From positions 1-41,502 of the forward strand of contig JBDQGZ010000001.1 in NCBI GenBank assembly GCA_040265115.1: 41,502 nucleotides of DNA. The letters are read 5' to 3'. The position numbers and the translations under genes are program-made. The DNA comes from Candidatus Nanopelagicales bacterium. Lineage in GTDB: Bacteria > Actinomycetota > Actinomycetes > S36-B12. Shown here one piece after another: positions 19,116 to 27,692 of this stretch. Under the pieces are notes generated by a model. That model had not been told where the DNA came from. It worked only from the letters and a program-made list of their open reading frames with translations, and did no database searches. How positions within the stretch are numbered: the stretch's first letter is position 1; each line of letters starts with the position of its first letter.

Positions 19116-20375
19116 GTGACACCGGTGAGCGAGGTGGCGCCGGATTCTTCCCGTCCCACCGAGGTGTCGTCCGCTGGTCGCCACTGGGCTCGCGGGACGA
19201 TCGTCGTCGCCGCCTCCTTGGCCATCGCCCAGATCTTCGCCTTCCTCGTCAGCATCATCGCTGCCCGCGCCTTGGGCCCCTCCCAGTTCGGCGTGCTCGC
19301 CGCCCTGCTGAATGTCCTACTGATCGGCAATGTGATCGCGCTCGGCCTGCAGGCGGTCATCGCGCGCACGATCGTCACCCTGCCCGGTGCTGAACGAGGG
19401 GCAGCGGGTCGCCACGCACTCGCCACGGGTTTGACCATGGCGGTTGCCGTCAGCGTCGCAGCGCTCGCGATTTCCCCACTACTCCAATGGATTTTGCAGA
19501 TCCAGGGATGGTGGTCGGTCCTCCTCGTCGCCGCCACACTGCTGCCGCTGACTTGGATCGGAGCGCAACTCGGCGTCGCGCAGGGCCGGGAGTCCTTCGG
19601 GCGATTGGCCGCCGTCTACGCCGCGGTCGGCGTGGGTCGAGGCATCGGAGGTATCGCGGGAGCGATCCTGGCCTCCACCGCCACATCGACCCTCCTGGGC
19701 ATCTTCATCGGAACGACCGCCGGGGCGATCCTGGGTCGCCTCGTCGTGTCCTCGCTCACAAGCCACGGGGATTTCCGTATTAGCCGCATGTATTCCCAGG
19801 TCGCGCATGCGGCCCATGCGCTGCTCGCCCTGTTCGTACTCACCAATGTCGACGTCATCCTCGCCCGAGCGTTGCTTGACTCTGATGAAGCCGGTCTCTA
19901 TGGAGTGGGGGCGGTGATCGCCAAGGTGGCGTTCTGGCTGCCGCAGTTCGTCGGCGTCGTCGCCTTTCCCCGTCTCGCCGATGATCGGCGGGCCCGGGCA
20001 TTGGTCCTCACCGTGGGGGCCGTGGGCGGACTAGGCGGACTGGTCGTCCTCGGCACCGCTGCATTTCCCGGCCTGGCGGTCGGTGTCGCGGGCGGACCCG
20101 ACTACACCGCGCTGGTCCCCCTTGCCTGGCTCTTCGCCGTCATCGGCGCCCTGTTCTCCCTGGCCCAGGTCCTGCTCATGTCGCGACTCGCCGTCGATGA
20201 TCGGGCGGCAGTTTTCGCTGTCTGGGCTGCGATCGCCGTGCTGCTCATTCTCGCAATTTGGGTGCTGCCCCACACGGTGACGGGGCTCGCAACGAGCGCC
20301 GCGATCGCCGGAGCCGTCCTCGTGATCGCCGGCCTCATTCAGGCGATCATCGAACGGACCCCGACACCGAACTGA
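19116..20375 (+). CDS. MOP-superfamily polysaccharide/oligosaccharide flippase (Wzx/polysaccharide biosynthesis protein-like), up to 419 aa; true start may be an internal GTG
   Basis: About 12 TM helices. N-terminal ASLAIAQIFAFLVSIIAARALGPSQFGVLAALLNV is typical of polysaccharide-biosynthesis flippases. Confidence 0.78.
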   Translation: MTPVSEVAPDSSRPTEVSSAGRHWARGTIVVAASLAIAQIFAFLVSIIAARALGPSQFGVLAALLNVLLIGNVIALGLQAVIARTIVTLPGAERGAAGRHALATGLTMAVAVSVAALAISPLLQWILQIQGWWSVLLVAATLLPLTWIGAQLGVAQGRESFGRLAAVYAAVGVGRGIGGIAGAILASTATSTLLGIFIGTTAGAILGRLVVSSLTSHGDFRISRMYSQVAHAAHALLALFVLTNVDVILARALLDSDEAGLYGVGAVIAKVAFWLPQFVGVVAFPRLADDRRARALVLTVGAVGGLGGLVVLGTAAFPGLAVGVAGGPDYTALVPLAWLFAVIGALFSLAQVLLMSRLAVDDRAAVFAVWAAIAVLLILAIWVLPHTVTGLATSAAIAGAVLVIAGLIQAIIERTPTPN

Positions 20376-20423
20376 ACTTCGCAACAATCAGCGATTCACA
20401 CGCGCCGATGGAGTTGCGGAGTT
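20375..20423. terminator. Long imperfect hairpin in the 60-bp convergent gap between the flippase and hydrolase genes (bidirectional terminator candidate)
   Basis: AACTTCGCAAC (20375-20385) pairs with GTTGCGGAGTT (20413-20423), giving 10 Watson-Crick pairs plus one G.U. An inner helix pairs 20388-20393 with 20403-20408, with one mismatch. Confidence 0.4.
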
Positions 20424-20435
20424 CAGCTCATGGCG

Positions 20436-21887
20436 TCAGCCGACAGGGACCAGACCCTCGGGAGCCGGCCACGGCCCCGGCAGGTAGATCGGGTTGTAAC
20501 CGCTCTCCTGGCCCATCGCCCCAGCAATGGCACCTTGCCCGGGGTACACGCCCTCGCGGACCCATCGGTCGAGCAGGTCGATCACAGCGATCCGGGACTG
20601 CGGCGTGAAGTTGCAGTGGCCGGCGCCGTACGGCGTGCCCGTTTCCGAGGAGTACTCCGGCGGCGGCACGGTGAAGATCTGCACCATGTCGGCGCGTGCC
20701 TCACCCGCTGCTGCCTGTGCATCGAACCTGTTGCGGTAGACGGTTTCGTTCTGGGAGATCACCCAGTCGTCGGCCGTGTGCATGGAGATCACCGGAACGT
20801 CGATGGCTCCCGTGGGGTTGCCACCGCGATCGATCGCGGCCTGCCGTGCGGTGGGATCGGCAGCCACCCGGGGACCGTTGTCCAGCGTGGCTAGATAGGA
20901 GCCGGCGGCACCTTCGCCACCGATGGTGTCGATGAACTCTCGCTCCGCAGCGTCGACCCGCGCCGCATAGTCGGCCAGTTCGTTCCCGGAGATATTCCCG
21001 CCGAAGCGCTGCTCGATGTCGTACCGGCCGACCGTGGCATAGCCGAGCACGGTCAGCAGATTCTCAATCGTCCCGGTCACCTGGCTGGCCAGGCTCGCCG
21101 CATCCTGGGTCCGAGTACGGCTTGGGGCATCGGAGATCGCTGCGATCGTGAAAATCTTGGAGATCACATCGGTGTCCTGCTCAGTCGCTCCTTGAATCAG
21201 TCGGGACGCAGCGCCCTCCCAGGCCATGACCGCCTCTTCGTAACTGGCGAAGTCCGCGATGACCATTTCAGGGTAGATCAACTGCTGAATCGCGTAGGCC
21301 ACATCGAAAGCGAGGTCGATGTTGGCGACCAGACCTGCGACGACACCGCACAGCGGTGCTGCTCCATCGATCCAGTCCGAACCCTGCTCGGCGAGCACCG
21401 CGGTGATGAGCCCACCGAGGGAATCACCCCAGACCAACACCCGGTTCGGCTGGCCAATGGAGGAAGAGAAAAAGTCGTAGATCTGCCCGGCGGCAGCCAC
21501 TCCGTCCTCGACCGCCCAGCCGTTCGAGGCGTAGGCGGACCCGGCGAGGGCATACCCGCGCTCCAGCAGGGCTTCGCCCAGGGATCGGTCACCGGTGTCC
21601 CATCCGGGTGCCGGCGACGCTGAACGCACGATGGGGCTAAAGGTCGGTGGGAATGGCTCGGCCGGGCGATAACCGTGCGAATAGATCAGCAGGGTCCCGT
21701 TCCAGGTGTCGGGCATGACGATCTCGTAGTCAGCCCCCTCGATGGTCCCCGTACACGCCACCGAATCGCATCCGGTGAATGGCACATCCGTGCTCGTATC
21801 ACGTGTGGGAGATGAAGCCGCAGCTGAGCAGCCCGCTACGAGGAGGGCTGAGGCGGCGATGGTCGCAAGAACCCCGTGCATTCGCAT
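20436..21887 (-). CDS. Secreted lipoprotein, alpha/beta-hydrolase fold (serine esterase/lipase-like), about 483 aa
   Basis: Lipobox at the N-terminus (MRMHGVLATIAASALLVAGCSAA). Nucleophile elbow GDSLGG. I chose the ATG at 21887; the ORF-track start at 21971 adds 28 non-signal residues. Confidence 0.8.
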   Translation of the reverse strand: MRMHGVLATIAASALLVAGCSAAASSPTRDTSTDVPFTGCDSVACTGTIEGADYEIVMPDTWNGTLLIYSHGYRPAEPFPPTFSPIVRSASPAPGWDTGDRSLGEALLERGYALAGSAYASNGWAVEDGVAAAGQIYDFFSSSIGQPNRVLVWGDSLGGLITAVLAEQGSDWIDGAAPLCGVVAGLVANIDLAFDVAYAIQQLIYPEMVIADFASYEEAVMAWEGAASRLIQGATEQDTDVISKIFTIAAISDAPSRTRTQDAASLASQVTGTIENLLTVLGYATVGRYDIEQRFGGNISGNELADYAARVDAAEREFIDTIGGEGAAGSYLATLDNGPRVAADPTARQAAIDRGGNPTGAIDVPVISMHTADDWVISQNETVYRNRFDAQAAAGEARADMVQIFTVPPPEYSSETGTPYGAGHCNFTPQSRIAVIDLLDRWVREGVYPGQGAIAGAMGQESGYNPIYLPGPWPAPEGLVPVG

Positions 21888-21993
21888 GGGGCGAAAGTGT
21901 GGCACGACCAGGCCCGGCGCGCTCGCCACTTGGACTTTTCCTGCCATCCAGCGCCCCCGGAGATCCTTCACCGAGAGCCGGTACTCGTTCGTA

Positions 21994-22020
21994 TCCCTCC
22001 GCGCGCGAAGGCCTACCGAG
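21994..22020 (-). terminator. Hairpin 17 nt downstream of the polA stop
   Basis: GGCC (22000-22003) pairs with GGCC (22011-22014) around a 7-nt loop. The stem is extended by 21994-21998 with 22016-22020 across a 1x1 internal loop. No U-tract. Confidence 0.3.
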
Positions 22021-22037
22021 GGCCGTCGTGGGGCCGC

Positions 22038-24776
22038 TCAGTGGCCCGCTTCCTCCCAGGTCCGCCCCACGCCTACCGACACCTCCAGCGGAACGTCGAG
22101 GGAAATCGCCGATCCCATGGTCTCGATCAGCATCCCCCGGGCGGCTTCGAGCTCTCCTGGCGCGACCTCCACGACGAGCTCGTCATGGACCTGGAGCAGC
22201 AGGCGTGAATGAGCCCCGGTTTGCCGCAGCCGGGCCGCGACGTCGATCATCGCCTTCTTGATGATGTCCGCGGCCGACCCCTGGATCGGGGCGTTCAACG
22301 CCATCCGCTCAGCCATCTCCCGACGTTGGCGCTGATCGCTGGTCAGGTCTGGAAGATACCTGCGTCGGCCGAGCATGGTCTCGGTGTATCCCGTGGTCCG
22401 AGCATGCGCCACAACGGATTCCAGATAGTTCCGCACTCCCCCGAAACGCAGGAAGTACTCCTCCATGAGCTCCTTGGCCTCGCCCGGATCGATCTCGAGC
22501 TGCTGGGCGAGCCCGTAGGCGGACAGCCCGTAGGCGAGGCCATAGGACATGGCCTTGATCCGCCGCCGCATCTCCGGATCGACCTCTTCCGGGTCGACAT
22601 CGAAAACTCGAGCGGCGACCGTCGAGTGCAGGTCCTCGCCCTCCGCGAAGGCCTCGATCAGGCCCTGGTCGCGCGACAGGTGCGCCATGATCCGCATCTC
22701 GATTTGGCTGTAGTCGGCGGTGAGGAGCGTCTCGTAGCCCGACCCCACGACGAAGCATCCTCGGATCCGTCGACCGGCATCCGTTCTGATCGGGATGTTC
22801 TGCAGATTCGGGTCCGTACTGGACAGACGTCCCGTCGCGGCCACAGTCTGTTGGAAGGTGGTGTGGATTCGACCTGTGTCATCGACCAGCGGAAGCAGCC
22901 CATCCACGGTTTGACACAATTTCGTCACATCTCGCCATCCGAGGATGCATTCCAGGATCGGATCCTCCGTCTTGGCATACAGCGCATGCAGCGCCTCGGC
23001 GTCCGTGGTGTAGCCGGTCTTGATCTTCTTCGTCTTCGGCAGGCCGCGCTCGTCGAACAGGATCTGCTGCAACTGTTTTGGCGACCCGAGGGCAAATTCC
23101 CTCCCAGCGATTCGATAGGCCGATTCCTGCCAGCGATCTGCTTCGGCACCGAAATCCTTCGACAGTGATCGCAATTCCACCTCGTCGACCGCGATCCCGG
23201 CGTGCTCCATCTCGGCAAGGATCACCGTCACAGGGATCTCGATATCGTGCAGCAAGTCCCCCGCCCCCGCTTCGGCCAAGTGCGGCTGCAACACCCGACG
23301 CAGTTGGTCGATGGCTGACGCTTGCGCCGCGAGTTCTTCGTCCGGCTGCGACGTGGCGTCATCCCCGAGGGCCAACTGCTCCGCCTCCGGCGCACCCGCG
23401 GAGAGGCTGCGCTTCAGGTAGGTCTCGGCAAGGTCCGCCAGGGAAAGTCCCCGGCGGCCCGGCTGCAGGACATAGGCAGCCAAGGCGGTGTCGAACGCGA
23501 TCCCCCCGATAGTCCATCCCCGGGCCAGGACTCCCAGGAGCGGTCCCTTCAGATCGTGTCCGACCACCGGCGTGTTCGGGTCGGCCAGCCAGGCGGCAAG
23601 TGCGGCGAGGTCGTCCTCCCGCAGGGTCTCCAGATCGGCCACGGCAACACCCGTGGGTCCTCCAGCCTTAGTCTCATGCTGAGCTTCCCCGTCGCCTTCC
23701 GCCACGCTCAGCGGTTGGAACGCAATCCGGGTGAGCGATCCAATTCCTCGGCCCCAGATCCCATCGAAGGCGAGGCTGGCTCCTTGATCGCAGGCGTTCC
23801 GCAACCAGTCCCCCCAACCGCCCGGATCGACAGTCACCGTGTGGGTGGCCACCCCCTCGGTAACAACGGCGCGCTCTTCGGCCACCCCCAGGGCCTGGTG
23901 AATCCGATCGCGCAGCGCGCGGAACTCAAGTGCCTCGAGCAGCGCATCGACCACAGCCGAGTCGGGCCTGGGCACTTCGCACTCCCCGGGACCGAAGGGG
24001 ATGGGGACATCTCGGATGAGTTCGGTGAGTTGACGGTTGACCAGAACCTGCGGCAGTGACTCGCGCAGGGCATCGCCCACCTTGCCCTTCACCTCGTCGA
24101 CATGTTCCACCAGGCCCTGCAGGTCCCCATAGGTCGTCACCCATTTGGTAGCGGTCTTCTCTCCCACACCAGGAATGCCTGGCAAGTTGTCGCTGGGGTC
24201 TCCGCGCAATGCGGCAAAGTCGGGATACTGCGCGGGGCTCAGGCCGTACTTCTCCTCGACCGCCTCGGGGGTCATCCGCGCCAGGTCGGAGACGCCCTTG
24301 CGTGGATACAGCACCGTGACGTGATCCGTCACCAACTGCAGGGCGTCCCGGTCACCGGTCACGATGTAGGTGTCGAAACCGTCGGCACTCGCCTGCGTCG
24401 CCAGGGTGGCGAGGATGTCGTCGGCCTCATAGCCGGGAATCTCGATGCGACGGATCCCCAAGGCGTCGAGTAATTCCCGGATGAGATCGACCTGTCCCTT
24501 GAATCCCTCGGGACTCGACGCCCGCGTGGCCTTGTAGTCGGGAAACGTCTCGGTGCGGAAGGTCTGTCGAGATACATCGAAGGCCACCGCGATATGCGTG
24601 GGCCGCTCGTCCCGCAAGGTGTTCACCAGCATCGAGGCGAAGCCGTAGACCGCATTGGTCGGCTGGCCGGTCGAGGTAGAGAAGTTTTCCTCCGGCAGCG
24701 CGTAAAACGCGCGATAGGCCAGAGAATGGCCATCGAGGAGGAGCAGCCGACCGGTCACCGGGTCGCGGGGGCTCAT
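22038..24776 (-). CDS. polA: DNA polymerase I, 912 aa from the ATG at 24776
   Basis: 5'-nuclease N-terminus (LLLLDGHSLAYRAFYAL). Polymerase motifs A, B and C (LLTADYSQIEMRIMAH, RRRIKAMSYGLAYG, LLQVHDELVVE). RBS-like aggatcgggga lies upstream of 24776. Confidence 0.97.
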   Translation of the reverse strand: MSPRDPVTGRLLLLDGHSLAYRAFYALPEENFSTSTGQPTNAVYGFASMLVNTLRDERPTHIAVAFDVSRQTFRTETFPDYKATRASSPEGFKGQVDLIRELLDALGIRRIEIPGYEADDILATLATQASADGFDTYIVTGDRDALQLVTDHVTVLYPRKGVSDLARMTPEAVEEKYGLSPAQYPDFAALRGDPSDNLPGIPGVGEKTATKWVTTYGDLQGLVEHVDEVKGKVGDALRESLPQVLVNRQLTELIRDVPIPFGPGECEVPRPDSAVVDALLEALEFRALRDRIHQALGVAEERAVVTEGVATHTVTVDPGGWGDWLRNACDQGASLAFDGIWGRGIGSLTRIAFQPLSVAEGDGEAQHETKAGGPTGVAVADLETLREDDLAALAAWLADPNTPVVGHDLKGPLLGVLARGWTIGGIAFDTALAAYVLQPGRRGLSLADLAETYLKRSLSAGAPEAEQLALGDDATSQPDEELAAQASAIDQLRRVLQPHLAEAGAGDLLHDIEIPVTVILAEMEHAGIAVDEVELRSLSKDFGAEADRWQESAYRIAGREFALGSPKQLQQILFDERGLPKTKKIKTGYTTDAEALHALYAKTEDPILECILGWRDVTKLCQTVDGLLPLVDDTGRIHTTFQQTVAATGRLSSTDPNLQNIPIRTDAGRRIRGCFVVGSGYETLLTADYSQIEMRIMAHLSRDQGLIEAFAEGEDLHSTVAARVFDVDPEEVDPEMRRRIKAMSYGLAYGLSAYGLAQQLEIDPGEAKELMEEYFLRFGGVRNYLESVVAHARTTGYTETMLGRRRYLPDLTSDQRQRREMAERMALNAPIQGSAADIIKKAMIDVAARLRQTGAHSRLLLQVHDELVVEVAPGELEAARGMLIETMGSAISLDVPLEVSVGVGRTWEEAGH

Positions 24777-24801
24777 GGTCCCCGATCCTAGGCTGTGCGG
24801 C

Positions 24802-25236
24802 ATGGACGCACCCCGGGAGTCGAATCGACCCACCCCAGAACAGGCCCTCGCTGCCATCCAGGCCGCCGATGGCGGAGGCCTCGGCGCTCGCATGGGCATC
24901 GAATGGCTTGAGGTGGGTCCTCAGCGCACCGTTGCTCGCATGCCCGTGGAGGGCAACACCCAGCCTTTCGGCCTCCTCCACGGCGGTGCCAGCGCGGTCC
25001 TCGCGGAGTCCGTAGGTTCCGTCGGGTCGAACCTGCATGCGGGAGAGGGTTGCTATGCCGTGGGCATCGAGTTGTCCTGCTCCCACCACCGGGGCGTTCG
25101 AGACGGATACGTCACGGCCGTTGCCACACCCCTCAGCCTCGGTCGTTCGCTGGCGACCTACGCCATCGAGATCACCGATGACGACGGTCGCCTGATCTGT
25201 ACCGCCCGCCTCACCTGCATGATCCGCTCGGCCTGA
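24802..25236 (+). CDS. PaaI-family hotdog-fold thioesterase, 144 aa
   Basis: GIEWLEVGPQRTVARMPVEGNTQPFGLLHGGASAVLAES is the PaaI/YbgC-type signature region. The ATG at 24802 is preferred over the ATG at 24775, which would overlap the polA start codon. Confidence 0.85.
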   Translation: MDAPRESNRPTPEQALAAIQAADGGGLGARMGIEWLEVGPQRTVARMPVEGNTQPFGLLHGGASAVLAESVGSVGSNLHAGEGCYAVGIELSCSHHRGVRDGYVTAVATPLSLGRSLATYAIEITDDDGRLICTARLTCMIRSA

Positions 25237-25415
25237 TCCGCTCAACCCTCGCCCGAAAACGCGCCATAAACAGCATGCGACGGGATCGTGACCTCGATGT
25301 CAACGATTGGGAACACGTGTGCCCGGATCGTGGCTATGCTCGCTCATCAGGCACGCGAGTGGCGGCAGCCATGCTCGAGTGCAGACGATGACGGCGAGAC
25401 GACTGAGGAGGTCGT

Positions 25416-26702
25416 GTGCACCAGCGCACAAAAGGATCATCTGCCCGCTGGCTCCTCAGGCTCGTCATCGTCGGACTCCTCGGTCTTGGCGTCAGCCTGG
25501 GGCTAGCCCCCTCCGCCTCAGCTGAGGACCTCCAGCTCACGGTCCGCGTCCAAGATGAGGAGCGCAACGCCATTCCCGATGCCGCGGTCACCGTGGAGGG
25601 ACCGGATGGCTTCTCCGCAGCCGGCGTCACCGATGGCGAAGGTCTGGCACTCGTCCCGATCCCCGCGAACACCACCGTGACCGTCACTCTCGACGAGGCA
25701 ACCGTGACTCAACCGGTGATCGAGGGCAATGTGCGCGAGGTGCAAATTCTCAGTAGGGACAAGACGGTCATCTTCCGCCTCGGCGAAGGTGGCGGCGGAG
25801 GTGGTGGTTCGAGTATCACCCTCGAGCGAGTCCTGCAGCTGCTCTTCGGTGGCGTCGTGCTTTCCTTCATCATCGCCCTGGCCTCGCTGGGCCTCAGCCT
25901 CATCTTCGGGACCACCGGCCTCACCAACTTCTCTCACGGCGAGCTCCTCACGCTGGGTGCGTTCACCGCACTCGTGCTCAATACCGCCGGCGGCTTGAAC
26001 ATCATCATCGCCGCACCCATTGCCATCGCGATCAGCGCTGCGCTGTGGGGTTGGGGCCAAAATCAGCTCCTCTGGAAGCCATTGCGACGCAAGGGCACAG
26101 GGCTCATCGCCGCGATGATCGTCTCCATCGGGCTCGCCATCACGATCCGCTATCTCATCGTGTTCTTCTTCGGTGGCGCCCCCAAGAGCTTCGAGCAGTT
26201 CGCCGGCCAGGCGCCTATCGATCTCGGGCCGATCTTCGTTACCCCGAAGGAACTCATCCTGTCGGGCATCGCCATTGTGGTTCTCACTGTCACGGTGTGG
26301 TGGCTCAAGGTCTCTCGCCTCGGCAAGGCCACCAGAGCGGTGTCGGACAATCCCGCTCTCGCCTCGTCCTCCGGCGTCAATGTTGAGCTCGTCATCTCGG
26401 CCGTGTGGATCCTGGGCGCAGCACTTGCTGCATACGCGGGCGTGTTCCTGGGACTCACACAGAACGTCGTGTGGACGATGGGTCAGTATCTCCTGCTGAC
26501 CTTCTTCGCCGCTGTTGTCCTCGGCGGACTGGGCACTATCGGAGGAGCTATCGTCGGCTCCTTCGTCGTCGGCATTACCGTGCAGTTGTCCACCTTGCTG
26601 GTGCCCACCGAACTGAAGACCGCCGCTGCGCTCTTCCTCATGATCATCCTGTTGCTCATCCGGCCACAAGGATTACTCGGCAGACGGGAGAGGGTGGGTT
26701 AA
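25416..26702 (+). CDS. livH: Branched-chain amino-acid-type ABC permease (LivH family) with an N-terminal signal peptide, extra domain and Gly linker, 428 aa
   Basis: The core from about residue 135 (LERVLQLLFGGVVLSFIIALASLGLSLIFGTTGLTNFSHGELLTLGAF) is LivH-like. The GTG at 25416 is preceded by gaggag at a 5-nt spacing. There is no canonical in-frame start near the beginning of the permease core. Confidence 0.9.
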   Translation: MHQRTKGSSARWLLRLVIVGLLGLGVSLGLAPSASAEDLQLTVRVQDEERNAIPDAAVTVEGPDGFSAAGVTDGEGLALVPIPANTTVTVTLDEATVTQPVIEGNVREVQILSRDKTVIFRLGEGGGGGGGSSITLERVLQLLFGGVVLSFIIALASLGLSLIFGTTGLTNFSHGELLTLGAFTALVLNTAGGLNIIIAAPIAIAISAALWGWGQNQLLWKPLRRKGTGLIAAMIVSIGLAITIRYLIVFFFGGAPKSFEQFAGQAPIDLGPIFVTPKELILSGIAIVVLTVTVWWLKVSRLGKATRAVSDNPALASSSGVNVELVISAVWILGAALAAYAGVFLGLTQNVVWTMGQYLLLTFFAAVVLGGLGTIGGAIVGSFVVGITVQLSTLLVPTELKTAAALFLMIILLLIRPQGLLGRRERVG

Positions 26703-26705
26703 GCC

Positions 26706-27692
26706 ATGGACTTTGGATTCATCCTGTCTCAGTCGATCACGCAGGCCATCGGTGTCACGGCGATCATCTACTGCATCGCGGCCATCGGCCTCAACGTGCA
26801 GTTCGGCTACGGCGGCCTCCTCAACTTCGGTCAGGTCGGCTTCGTGGCCATCGGCGCCTACTCCGTCGGTGCCACGGTGGTCAAGGTGGGCTCCAGCCTT
26901 TGGCTGGGCATCATCATCGGGATCCTGCTCGGGGTCGCCCTTGCGCTGCTTCTGGGCATACCCACGCTTCGATTGCGGGCGGACTACCTCGCCATCGTGA
27001 CGATCGCTGCCAGTGAAATCATTCGATTCGCATCCAAATCCATCGACTTCCTCGGTGGCGCTCAGGGTGTCACCGGCCCTATCGGCGCAGACTTCTACGC
27101 CCTCAATCCCTTCCCCGAGAGCCTGGATCGCATCGGGTTCGGAGACTTCTCCTTCACCCGCATCGACATGTGGCTCGTGGTCACCGGATGGGCCATCATC
27201 GCGTTAATCACGCTGCTCACCTGGGCGCTCATGCGCAGCCCGTGGGGTCGAGTCGTCAAGGGCATCCGAGAGGATGAGGACGCAGTTCGTTCCCTCGGCA
27301 AGAACACCTACCTGTTCAAACTGCAGGTGCTAATCCTCGGTGGCGTCTTCGGCTCCTTCGCCGGCATGTACTCGGCCGTTGCCAAGGGTGCGGTGCAGCC
27401 GGACGGATTCGTTCCCGACTTCACTTTCTTCCTTTACGTCATGCTCATCCTCGGCGGCACCGCCCGGGTCATGGGCCCCCTCCTCGGCGCTGCAATTTTC
27501 TGGTTCCTGCTCGTCTTCGTCGAGCAGACCCTCAAGGAGGGCGTCTCCAGCGGGGTGATCTCCTTCATCACCACGACACAGATCGGCCCGATCCGCTTCA
27601 TCCTGGTCGGGATAGGACTGATGCTGTTGATGATCTTCAGACCCCAAGGCATTCTGGGCGACCGGAAGGAGCTGATGCTCGATGCCCGCTGA
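26706..27692 (+). CDS. livM: Branched-chain amino-acid-type ABC permease (LivM family), 328 aa
   Basis: LNVQFGYGGLLNFGQVGFVAIGAY is the LivM signature region. Polytopic. RBS gagggtggg lies upstream. Confidence 0.9.
   Translation: MDFGFILSQSITQAIGVTAIIYCIAAIGLNVQFGYGGLLNFGQVGFVAIGAYSVGATVVKVGSSLWLGIIIGILLGVALALLLGIPTLRLRADYLAIVTIAASEIIRFASKSIDFLGGAQGVTGPIGADFYALNPFPESLDRIGFGDFSFTRIDMWLVVTGWAIIALITLLTWALMRSPWGRVVKGIREDEDAVRSLGKNTYLFKLQVLILGGVFGSFAGMYSAVAKGAVQPDGFVPDFTFFLYVMLILGGTARVMGPLLGAAIFWFLLVFVEQTLKEGVSSGVISFITTTQIGPIRFILVGIGLMLLMIFRPQGILGDRKELMLDAR

Noticed and set aside
25237-25415. A regulatory leader of the liv operon: an ANTAR dual-hexaloop target, a T-box, a Leu/Ile/Val attenuator peptide, or the 72-aa ORF at 25288-25506.
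   Set aside because: I could only find partial stems (GTGCC with GGCAC) and a weak direct repeat (GCYATGCTCG). The small ORF starting at 25277 (37 codons) is not enriched in branched-chain codons. The 72-aa ORF runs into livH out of frame with odd composition. There is nothing I can support without a folding or covariance search.
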